Source: Eledone cirrhosa (Eukaryota). From it: a stretch of 64,000 nucleotides of DNA. This document shows, piece by piece, positions 42,961 to 54,355 of the stretch. The stretch's first letter is position 1; every line of letters starts with the position of its first letter. The stretch is from contig OZ024745.1 in assembly GCA_964016885.1 (NCBI GenBank), positions 27,838,001 to 27,902,000 of the forward strand. Reading direction: 5' to 3'. A program made the position numbers and the translations under genes. The notes beneath the pieces are model-generated. The model saw only the letters and a list, made by a program, of their open reading frames with translations. It was not told the origin of the DNA and did not search any database.

Positions 42961-44308
42961 GAAAAAGAATTTAGACTAGATACAAATAAGATGTTGTTTT
43001 ATGTCAAGAATTGCTCTGATAGAGCAGACTTAAGATCAAAAGCGTTCCAGTCGTCACAAGATAGCCATAATGTATTTTTTTTACTATACTATCCAATATG
43101 TATTTCAATTTTGAAGATAATAGGGCATTATTTAAGATTTGACAGCTAGCTTAGCAGATCGAGTGACCGCATAGTGGCGTAGGCATGTCACGCTTTAAGT
43201 ATATATAAACATAAAGTGAGAAGAAGATTAGTATAATTGATAATTAAAGTAATTTAATTGTTTTGTAAAATGTATTTAAAAATAAATACGTAATGAAGCT
43301 TGCACCAACTGAAATACTTATGCCAAGGCGTGCTGTAATAAAAGCCATGGGCTGACTGTATCATTTCTGAGTAAACAAGAAATATTTTCAATATATTTTT
43401 AAATTTAAATTCTCAAATATTTAATTTTCTCTAAGTTAATGTACTGCCACTAGTTAGGTTCAATGTGAAAATATTAAATAAAAGCGGAGCTGTATTTAAA
43501 CATATTTTAAAATGTTTATAGTCACAATTTCCTGGTTATTATTGTTGCTTGGCACATTATACTTTTAACTATTTCTTATGTCGGATTATTATTGAAGTTT
43601 AAAAAAAAAACATTTCTACCAGCATCAATATATCAAAGTAATGGTGGCATATGGAAGTTTGAATTTGTAGAAACAGATATTATGATGGGATATAACACAC
43701 AGGGGGTACGTTTTATGAAGTACGAAAGGGAAAAATGGCAATGTGATTTATATATAGCTTCCATAAATACAATCGTAAAATTTAGTTCTTTAAATAAAGG
43801 ATTTAATAATGAATCCATCTGAATCCATGTTAAATATATAGCTTTTTATAGTACATTATCGGTGATGACAATTTATGAAGTTAATACTGCAGTGTCGTTG
43901 TTGTTTTTATTTTCTAATTACCACCGAGGTTTAGTAATGACTACTGAGAATTTCTCATATATACATAAGGATAGGCCTTTTCCAGAAACGTTCAGGGTCA
44001 CTAAATTAAATTACCAACTATGTATTGGGGTCGATGTTTCCTCCCCACAAATTTGTTCGTCTAGTGCCTACAGTAAAGTCAATAATAGTCTGGGAAAATA
44101 TTCAGATTTCTTCGGGGAACGCCTGTTAAAGATGCAAACGAAGTAGAATGCAGCACTGGCCATTGTTATCGATGAGTTACAAATCGTAAATTGGTTCAGA
44201 TATTTGGATCATTTTTTCAGGATCAATGTGTGTTGTTTAACTCTATTTAGGATGAACGAGGTACTTTCTTCTGTTGTGGGCGGCGGCGGCGGCGGTGACG
44301 ACGATGAC

Positions 44309-44376
44309 GAGAAGAAGAAGAAGAAGAAGAAGAAGAAGAAGAAGAAGAAGAAGAAGAAGAAGAAGAAGAAGAAGAA

Positions 44377-44423
<47 letters not shown>

Positions 44424-44446
44424 AGAAGAAGAAGAAGAAGAAGAAG
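44309..44446. repeat. (AAG)n microsatellite
   Basis: Direct reading. Confidence 0.95.
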
Positions 44447-44892
44447 GTGTTGGAGGAGGAAGAGGAGAAAGAGGAGGCGGGAGACTAAAATTGTTATCCT
44501 CCAAACAGATTTCATTTGAATTTCAGAAGCCATATTCAATAATGACATAATAACTGGAAGAGATTCAAAAAACATCTTTGTATTACCCATGATAGAAACA
44601 TACTGGCGACTTGCCTTTCAAGAAATGATACCTTATAATATTTTCATCTCATAGTAATGACTCATATTAGGAAATACGATTCTATTATATAAACTTTTGG
44701 TACAAACTTTTCTCAGATTCACTTTCAGTGATTCCTGCTTATGAATCAACATTTGCCGGTAGGAAAACTGGACTGTATTATTAAATTTAGATGCCACCAG
44801 AGCAAAAGTGATGAAATAAAGAAAGATCAAATTTATGATTAATTAAATGTGTTCTACTAAGTCTCTTTAAGTATAAATTCTGTCTCAAACCT

Positions 44893-45160
44893 GGAGGCTT
44901 TTAAGGCCGGTGTTTATCCCGGTTTCCTTGGCGTTAAGTGACAGAGAGAACAAAACTAACCCTGGACAGAATGCTAGTCCTTTGCAGGATTAAACTTCCT
45001 GGTATTGCTGGTACTCGGTACTCAATTTTAGCTAAATATACAGGAGCAATGTGAAATGAATTGTTTTGTTCATGAACTTAATACATAACAATATCCACGA
45101 ATCGAACCCACAACATTATGACAGTAAATCCAATGCCCCTAACTTCTACGCCACGCCCCA
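44893..45160 (-). mobile_element. Second SINE family (tRNA head + CORE/Meta-like central domain), full length
   Basis: Reverse complement of 62030-62300, with gttcgattc B box and catttcacattgctcc and cctgcaaaggactagc blocks. Confidence 0.7.
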
Positions 45161-45747
45161 TCACACTATGTTATTTGCGGTCATTCAAATAACATAGTGT
45201 GGAAAATAAGCTTAAAATGTTATACACTTATCTGTTAGTTACCAACTACTTCGTATTCCGGAATTTACTTGATTCTTTTGTCAGATATAGGTTTTTACAT
45301 GACAGAGGGTTTTATTTTGTTACATATACTGTGCCTTTCATGTACTGAAATCAACAAAGTTTCCTCGAATTTTTTTCTGTAGAAAAATAATCTAAATATT
45401 ATAGTATATAAGCCCACTTAAGGGGAAAATGGATACTATCACCTGAGTGACTTGAACCCACACCTTCATGCAGAAAGCTTCTAATTTTCTTATGAATTTC
45501 AAATTTCGCTCATCGTTTGAAAGCAACAATCTTATATTGTTACATAAGAACGCTGCATTTGTCATATCAATTAACAGTTATGTAATTCCTTTGATATTGC
45601 ATTCGTACGATTATTCCATCCCACCCTCGTCATTTTGTTATATTTATCTAAACGCCCTCTTTCGCTGAAAGATGGGCGACAACTAATCCCTACGATCTTT
45701 ATTGCATTCTAGTTTCTTTCAGTCTTATGCAATGTGAAGACTTTATT

Positions 45748-45920
45748 TTTAAGTCGCTTTATCAGCCTAATTCCCTAATGTTTAAGCCTGTTTCTAAACG
45801 ATGGATCATTAAGTAGTTAAGCCTCTTCTGAGACGTACTATACTTGCTTTAATATCTCTGAGCGTAAAAGGTTGCAATTTTCACGTTTTGAGAACTTTCA
45901 TCTACGGTCGGTTACAATTG

Positions 45921-45994
<74 letters not shown>

Positions 45995-46342
45995 CAACAC
46001 AAGAGCAAGTATGAAAGGTTCATTCTACTGACATGGCTATAAAATGGAGGCTTGTTTGCATAATTGCAAACGAATCGAATGTTGTTATTAATATTCGAAA
46101 AACTCAGATTACATATATATATATATACATATACATATATATATATATGTGTGTGTGTGTGTGTATCTTTAAGTCGCTTTATCAGCCTAATTCCATTACG
46201 TTTAAGCCTGTTTCTAAACGATGGATCATTAAGTAGTTAAATCTCTTCTGTGGAGTACTATACTTGCTATAGTATCTCTGACTATAAAAGAAGGCGATTT
46301 TGATGTTTTGAGCACATTCGTCTACGGTCGGTTACAACTGAC
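45748..46342 (+). repeat. Direct duplication of ~175 bp (45748-45921 and 46168-46342; offset 420)
   Basis: tttaagtcgctttatcagcctaattcc...tctacggtcggttacaa(t/c)tga in both copies. Confidence 0.9.
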
Positions 46343-46523
46343 ATTTTTTATATCTTTACATTTTACTATATAAAGAAGAACGATGATCATTCTTCCCGTA
46401 ACTATATTATATGTTCTTCATTTTTTTAGAAACGGTGGGAAAATTGAGTTGCTTTCGGTAACAGGTCGCAAAGGAATGGCACATTTCGCCATAAGAGATT
46501 GTTGAGGGCTTTCTTTCTGATCT

Positions 46524-46607
46524 GAAGAAGAAGAAGAAGAAGAAGAAGAAGAAGAAGAAGAAGAAGAAGAAGAAGAAGAAGAAGAAGAAGAAGAAGAAGA
46601 AGAAGAA
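46524..46607. repeat. (AAG)n microsatellite
   Basis: Direct reading. Confidence 0.95.
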
Positions 46608-47046
46608 TTTGTTGTTTCGACCACAAAGCAGGGCACCGCCACACCTAAAGCGGAGGAGAGAAAGACAGACTGTTCCCTTTCCATGCCGATCAACGTCAAG
46701 ACCGCTGATATACGCGATCCCCGAAATGCCGTTTTCCTCCGCAATATCAGAAGGATTTCTTCCTGCCTGAGGAAGGAATCTTGTGAGACTGATATCTGAT
46801 GTACCGAGTGTCCATTGCTGTTCCCCGCGACAATGCTTACAACACGTGTTAGTCACGTGCTTAGTAGTGATCTTTAGAATCTTGAGAATGGAAGGAAATT
46901 AGGCACAGCATAATGAAAACCAATTATAACTGCAATACTTCTACCATTTAGAAGTTCTAAATCAGGCGTCCCCGATTTCCTACCACTCTCATGATCGTTT
47001 GTGATCACTGCTAAGGGCGTGACTGAAATGCCACTAGTATGACCAT

Positions 47047-47091
47047 TATGATTCTGATGATGGGCTGTGAAGACCTCGAAACGTTAATATA
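47047..47091 (+). ncRNA. Minimal hammerhead motif (GAAACGT type) ending a probable decayed PLE (46610-47180)
   Basis: tatgatt-CTGATGA-tgggct-gtga-agacctc-GAAA-CG-TT-aatata. Palindromic ACGT stem III; stem II imperfect. Confidence 0.55.
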
Positions 47092-47234
47092 CACATGGAT
47101 TTAGAAACGCTACTGTTTTGGACTAAGCATAAAGTACAAATAAGGAAATAGGAACAATCCTTAGTATCAATGATCAAACTATCAAACTGCAGCAGTCATG
47201 TTCTCGGTATGAAATGTTTCAAAAAATAACTGTT

Positions 47235-47367
<133 letters not shown>

Positions 47368-47399
47368 TATATATGTCAGTGTTGAACAAAAAGGCGACG

Positions 47400-47636
47400 A
47401 TGGTTGCCTGAATACTGTACGGCGTAATTCGGGCTGTTTATTTACAAACAAACCGAACATTATAATAAATGTTCGGTAAACCCATACGTACATATATATA
47501 TATGTGTGCATGTATGTATATATATATACATACTACTGCACGTCTGTATATATATATGTATGTACGTATACATACATACTTACATTTAAGTATCAGCCGT
47601 ACTAAGAGTGAGAAATGAAATTTCGTTTCATTCTTT

Positions 47637-47637
<1 letters not shown>
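47400..47637 (+). repeat. Dispersed repeat with hairpin accgaacatt/aatgttcggt; copies at 50037-50270 (+) and 60333-60484 (-)
   Basis: Direct comparison of the three copies. Confidence 0.85.
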
Positions 47638-47669
<32 letters not shown>

Positions 47670-47676
47670 TAGAGAG

Positions 47677-47778
<102 letters not shown>

Positions 47779-50700
47779 TTTATACATATTGAACGACATT
47801 GTATATATTCCATCACAACTAAAATTTCAATTTAAATATTTCAACAGATTTTCCTGACATGTTATTGTGCTACGTTGAATAAAAAAGGAAATCGAAGCGA
47901 ATTATAGAGACGCATTATTAAAATCTTTCGTTCGATATATGTTTAAATGTGAAGAATTAATGAAGCAAAATGGATAAGGAAGCCAATAGAAAAGACAATT
48001 TGTTCCAGCAATTTTTATGTGTATTCTATGTGTATACGTAGATATTTATTTACGTTTGAATGCTTTTATGCATGTATATTGACCTTGTTCATACGTTTAG
48101 ATGCTTCCTTTGCAACTAAAAGCCGTTCGTTAAGAATGTGACAAGGCTGTTTTGTTTAACCACAAACAACATACACATTTACGTTGATATTGATATATAT
48201 GTTCATGCATATGTAGATGTGTTTGAAGATGTTTATGCTATATCTTTAGATTCCATTGGAATGTATTTAAAACGTCTTTCAGATGTTTATCGTCTTCCAA
48301 TTAATTTTATCTGTCAGTGTTGTTCTTTGATTTAAAGAACTGCAGGCTTTCTAGTTTCTATCAAGTATCTCCTACATAACATATGTATTCATACTTGTGT
48401 TTATTTTTACTCATACTTTTTTTAAATAATTTATTATGTAAAAACTAGTCATTCATCAAATTACAATGTGTACACTTTTGTTCAAATTAGAAACTACTCG
48501 TATTTGATGACCTTCTGATAAACTGGGTCTGTTTTCACATCAATCATATCCATTTCACATTCTCTAAATTAGCGTCCATGTACTTATTCTGGTGGCCAAT
48601 TGCCCCACTAACTATACGTACATAACCTATATTTTGAAAATGAAATTTGTAGGTCTCTTATCTGCTATAGATTTCCTTCTTTTTTTTTCTTTTTTTTTTT
48701 AGATATATTAATGTCGGCTGATCTAACTTATTTGAGTATAATAGCACACATTTTTATGTTCTTTCTCATAAAGCTAGATATTTTTTATTGTTTAAATATT
48801 GTGATTCTATATTGGTCTTGAACTCCTTAGTTTTCATGGATGTGCACAAATATCCCACCTTTGTGATTCTTTACACACTGATCGTCAGAGATGTGTATCT
48901 GCTACGGATGTGTATATGTGACTTTGTTGATATATATATTTCCAAACCTTTTGATGTTAATCTTGTTATGCTTGCAGGTTTGTTCATTAAGTTTATTTCA
49001 TTAAGAGATGCTGATGAAGGTATACATCATCTAATCTTTTAAGCTATCATTTCAGGTAATCAGTTAAAAACACTGATTAAACTGTCGATTACATGAGTTC
49101 AGTATATATATATAGCTAGGACCACTTCAGTATTGGTCAATGGAGTGATCCTACCTCGTTACCAGTACTGGCAAGCTTTCATTTTCTTTTTCCGATAACT
49201 TCCCAAGATATGTTTTACACCAGTCTTGTCAAGACATACGAAGATAGTTACACTGCCCTACTTGTTTGTTACATTTTCTCAATTCAAAAGGACAGGGATA
49301 CATCTCTTAGTGATAATCCACATTTTATAATGTCGAAATGTAGTGACAAAGTCAAACACGTTTCTCACTCTGAATCTGTTTGTGCAATAAATATTGAGGG
49401 CATCAATAAATTGATAAAAATAAGAAACAATGATGTTTTCTTGTAAAATATCTATACCAGAGGTCTCAAATTCAACGACATCAGGTCCTGAGGGAGGGCC
49501 GAAAAATGAGATGAGGGAGGTGTCATGTTTTCCACCAGATATAATGCTAATCTGCAAAACAGCTGATAGGCTACTATTTATTTATTTTTTCATCAAAATG
49601 AATACACATATGATAATAAATAGGTTAAAAAAAATAGTACAAAATGTAGGGAGACAAATTTTCCGTTTCAAATCTTCCTTAATTCCGTTTTACTTTTGGT
49701 AAATTCCCGCCTTTCCGTTTTCATTTCTGATATATTGTTTTATTGTAATTCATTGGCAAATTGCAAGTCTGTGGAGGGGGTGAAGGACAAATAACAAAGT
49801 TTTATTAGAATATTGGTCACGAACATCATTCTACTGCGGGCGATAGATAAGTATTTTGGGGAGCGCGTGTTTCAGATCCCTTATCTATACATACGAACAT
49901 CCATACATCCATACATACATTCATACTACATACTTACGTACATACATACATACGTGCGTACATACATACATACATACATAATACATACATACGCACACAT
50001 ACATACGCACATACGTACATGTATATATATATAACGGTGGTTGCTAGACACTACGGCTTAATACGGGATGTTTGTTTACAAGCACACCGAGCATATAATA
50101 AATGTTCGGTGAATCCATACGTGCATATATATATATATGTGTGCATGTATGTATATATATATATACATACTACTGTACGTCGGTATACATATATGTATGT
50201 ACGTGTACATACTTATATTTAAGTAACAGCCGTACTAAGAGTGGGAAATGAAATATCGTTTCATTTTTTTCCGTTTATATATATATATATATATACATGC
50301 ATATATAGAATTTAAAAAAAAGAAAAATAATATTCATGCATCACGATCTAGTTGAATAAATTCCAAGGAAAGAATCAGGTTTCTAGGTTGGAAACAGGCT
50401 TTTTCTCTATTGAAAATAAATTTGAAACATTAAAACCTATACACATAACATAACCAACTGTGACACCAAATGTATTACGTATGATGTTTTATGTGTACAG
50501 GCTTTGTACATGTGGGTTTACTAGGCTATTTCACGGTTTCAATCTATGCAATTAATTATATTCTAATGAGTTCCATGTAAATGTTTGTGTTAATGGAACA
50601 TTTGCTAGAAATCGTTTTTGTATTTGTTCAGCAAGATTCTTGATGTTAAATCGACTATGAAACAGATATTGTTCTGCATTGGGGAGCAATTCTGCCAAAA

Positions 50701-51379
50701 AAAAACAAGATGAAATAAATATAATAAGATCAGAAGAAAGAGGAAACACAGAGGAGCAAGACTAATCATCGATAAGGTCACAGGATGTGTAACGAAAGAG
50801 CTTTGAAGATTAATTAAACAACTATCCAGTTACTGAACTATCTGATGAATACATTAGTTACTTAACTAATAATAAACTGGTGAATCTTGCCAGTTTTTGT
50901 TATTTGTGTGCGTTAGAATTTATCGGCTAAATGAATGATGCATGTTTTTGTAAACCCAAATAAATTTCTGTATGAGTATTTCATGATCTTGTACATGGCT
51001 TACATGTTTTAATATATTTCACAAATATAGAGAAATTGAGAGTCTAGCGCGTGCACGTGTCTGTGGATTTGTGCTTGTGTGTATTGAGTGTATGTGATTG
51101 CTAATGTGTATGTAATTGCGTGTTTTTGATCTGCTTCGAATATATTTGTGTATTGTTTTTATTTAGTGCATGTACGTGTGTGTAACGACTGTATTCGTAC
51201 AGCATAGCGCAATCTACGTGAACTAAGCGATTTGTTATTTTTGTTATCAGTGACGATTTATTTAATTGTTTACACACACATACACGAACATACACGAACA
51301 TACACACACACAACCACACACACACACACACACACACACAACCGCACACACGCACACACACACGCATTTATATATATAT

Positions 51380-51525
51380 AGGAAAATATTTGAACGCGAC
51401 GGCAGAGCTCAAGCCGTTTCGACGGGTTAAACACTGCCGTCTGATTCACAGATTGACTTTTTTAGTTTCAGAAGATCCCGTTAAAGGTGAAAGCAGCGAT
51501 TCTTTGCTTAAACTTTAATCTGTTA

Positions 51526-51601
<76 letters not shown>

Positions 51602-52279
51602 CTGAACCAGAACAATTCTCCCATCCCATTTCTCTTGACCATTCTTTTGCTTGTCATAAAATTCTCTAAATGGCTACAAAATAAATAATACGGGCGCGGA
51701 CCTTGTTCACGTGACAGTCATAATTTCATTTATAACCAATCAAATTGCATTTTTTTTTAAAAGCCTTCGTGAGCCACTTTTTTATTGTCATAAATTTTTT
51801 TAAAAGGCTACAAAACAAATTCCGAAATACGGGCGCGAAATTTAATGAACTTGTTCCCGTGACAGCCATAATTTCATTTATAACCAATCAGATTACATTT
51901 TTTTAGAAAAAGCCTTCGTGAGCCTCCTTTTTTTAAGTACAAAGTAATTCAAACACTCATATATGTAAAAACAACCTGAGCCCCCCCCCCCCCCCCCCCC
52001 GTTTGAAGAACTTTGTAAAGTTAACTGGCGCGAAATTTATTATACTTATTGACCAACCAATCAAAATACTTCTCTAAAAACCTGGCGTTTCGAGCCACTT
52101 TTTTCCATATAAAACAAGTAACATTCAAAGACCAACCAGATGTGAGAAAAACCGCAGACCCTCCATCTCAACTCTACTTTTGAAAAGCAGAAGAACTGCG
52201 AAACCGGTAAAGGAATAAAATAAATATATATATATATTTTAAATAAGACTCCAGTAGCATTTTCGATTTCATCTTTTTT

Positions 52280-52290
<11 letters not shown>
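51380..52290 (+). mobile_element. Composite (TA)n-bounded repeat with internal tandem subrepeats, ending in a U3-A8 hammerhead and AATAAA
   Basis: Subrepeats (ttcatttataaccaatca..gccttcgtgagcc) at 51725 and 51873, and a more diverged one at 52055. Inverted copy at 60627-61040. Module 51440-51535 recurs inverted at 40441-40530 and 59196-59272. Confidence 0.75.
52177..52212 (+). ncRNA. Minimal hammerhead ribozyme, U3-A8 core variant
   Basis: ctt-TTGAAAA-gcag-aagaa-ctgc-GAAA-CCGG-TA-aag: 3-bp stem I, perfect stem II, palindromic ACCGGT stem III, GUA site. Confidence 0.7.
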
Positions 52291-52369
<79 letters not shown>

Positions 52370-52657
52370 ATTTATTTTATCCTCTCACCAAGCATAGATG
52401 CCGGTTACATTTGAGAAATTGATGCCGGTTACATTTGAAACAACTGGCCCAAGTTCTTACTGTCCGGTAGTTTCCACTGCTCTACTCCTCTTCACATCAT
52501 GTATTACGATGTATTGAGAGATATAGGTTAGCAGAGTTAGTGGAGCATCGAATTATTAGTATAACATATATCCTGTCACGCCTCTCTGTTCTAAATGTAA
52601 ATATCATCGGTGTTACTAAAGTAAGTACCAGTTTTATATTGGAGGCGATTTAATATT

Positions 52658-52782
52658 AATTGTTTCTACTTTTGGCACAAGGCCAGCAAATACCCAGTAC
52701 ATTACTGGTACTTTATTTTATCGACCCCGTAAGGATGAAAGGCAAAGTTAACCTCGGCGGGATTTGAACTCAGACCGTAAAG
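52658..52782 (-). mobile_element. tRNA-derived SINE (short-tail variant), flanked by a 20-bp direct repeat gaggcgatttaatattaat
   Basis: Reverse complement of the 35175-35293 core and tail. The direct repeat is at 52642-52660 and 52782-52800. Confidence 0.85.
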
Positions 52783-53944
52783 AGGCGATTTAATATTAAT
52801 ATTAAAGGATGAGAGTTTGTTTATATGTAACAGAAATCTACAAAACAGCCGGGTGTGAAAAAAAATAGAAAAAAGAATATACAGCGGAATGGATAGTAAA
52901 TTCATATCGTATGGTTTTAATTCTTATTTAGTGCAGCATCACTTATTTTACTAGTCTTTAGGAAAAATAATGCACTTTTATTATTTAATATAACTAAGGT
53001 TTCATCCTTAATTACAACGCTATTTTTTATGTGCTTGTAGCAAATCATTCAAAAACCATTGTGCATGTGTCATTTGTTAAATAGTTATATGAATTAATTC
53101 CTTTTCTGCTAGAATCACTTCACCGTTTCGTTATGAATTGAGCTTTCAAAGGATATCTCAACTGACGTTGACATTAACAATTTTCACTGTCTACTTTTAA
53201 TGAAATGCCATTAAATATTTTCTGGATAAAGAACATAAAGCATTTAATGATTTATATGTTGCCTCAGTAAACAGAATAATTAGAAATAACAATCAGAAGT
53301 GAGTAACCAAGCCACGTTTTTAGTCAATTTATATTACTAAATTAGCATAAAGAATTAGTCGATAAGATTTTGCTGTCTGTATCAACAAACAATATTTTAA
53401 CTGTGTGATATAAAGGGATTGTATTTCTTTTAAATCTTTCTCCGGTAAATACGAATGGAATATATTACGCATTTATTATTTTTAAATCATACAATAATAG
53501 CTAAAGTGAAACGTCAAATTGGGTTCATACTAAAAAGGCAATTGAATTCAAATGTTGTATCCAGTGTCACTCTCACTGGTTTGGACATTGCCACACTATT
53601 GACTAAAATCGTTCATAATTATAGATTTGCATATGGTTTAATGTTTAAGTTATCTAATTGTTATTAGATATGCTTTTTCGTGTATCGACAAATATTATCA
53701 TATATTGAGATTTATCTGGTTTAAAGTTCCTCTAGGTATCGTTGACGAAATATTCAGTTCTGTTTATAGTGTTTTTTTCTTTATTAAATCAGATGAAGGT
53801 TAAGGGATACACATAACTATAAGTGGAAGAAAGTTTCTTTACTCTACTATTTTGACTTTGATATCTGTAGCATTTTTTCTTTCCAAAATACTTGATTTTT
53901 TTAATTGCTTCTTTTTTTGTTTGTTTGTTTGTTTCTGATAAGCA

Positions 53945-53978
53945 TTGACTAAATTATTAAAACGTTTATCTTTTCCAG
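53945..53978 (+). promoter_or_regulatory. 3' splice site (branch point + pyrimidine tract + CAG)
   Basis: ttgac at 53945, then tttatcttttcCAG ending at 53978. Confidence 0.55.
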
Positions 53979-54096
53979 TCGTCCTTGGAAGCTCTACTTC
54001 CAAAACACAGACAACGAGAGCAAATCTTGTTTGGCAGTAGGTCAATCTCATTTGGCATGTCTCTGCTGGTCTCTAGGAAATGCAACTGCCGCAGAC

Positions 54097-54355
54097 ATGG
54101 CTCTTGTAGAACAAGGGGATAGTGCTCCCCCTGAGAATTGTCATCGTCTTGTCATTCTTGGATCGGCAAAGGTTGGAAAGACTGCCATTGTATCAAGATT
54201 TCTTGCCAACAAATTTGATGAGAACTACACACCGACCATAGAGGATTTTCACCGGAAAATTTACCGAATCCGTGGAGCTCCCTATCGGCTCGATATATTG
54301 GATACATCTGGGAATCATCCATTTCCAGCCATGAGACGACTATCGTTTATCACAG
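54097..54355 (+). CDS. RASD1: Coding exon of a RASD-family small GTPase (Dexras1/RASD1 - Rhes/RASD2 homologue), G1-G3 region
   Basis: MALVEQGDSAPPENCHRLVILGSAKVGKTAIVSRFLANKFDENYTPTIEDFHRKIYRIRGAPYRLDILDTSGNHPFPAMRRLSFIT(G): P-loop GSAKVGKT, effector YTPTIEDFHRK and RASD-diagnostic DTSGNHPFPAMRRLS. Kozak gacATGg; phase-1 donor CAG|GTGAGA at 54356. The downstream exon was not found in the window. Confidence 0.95.

Noticed and set aside
48100-49200. Possible decayed minus-strand LINE
   Set aside because: Only strand-composition hints; no convincing motif by eye.
49458-49502. hAT-like terminus CAGAGGTCTCAAA
   Set aside because: No matching opposite TIR or 8-bp TSD found.
50843-50890. CTGATGA plus hairpin; also CTGATGA at 49011 and 60504, and ctgttga at 26632
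   Set aside because: GAAA, stem III or stem I is missing or too decayed to call a hammerhead, though some may be relics.
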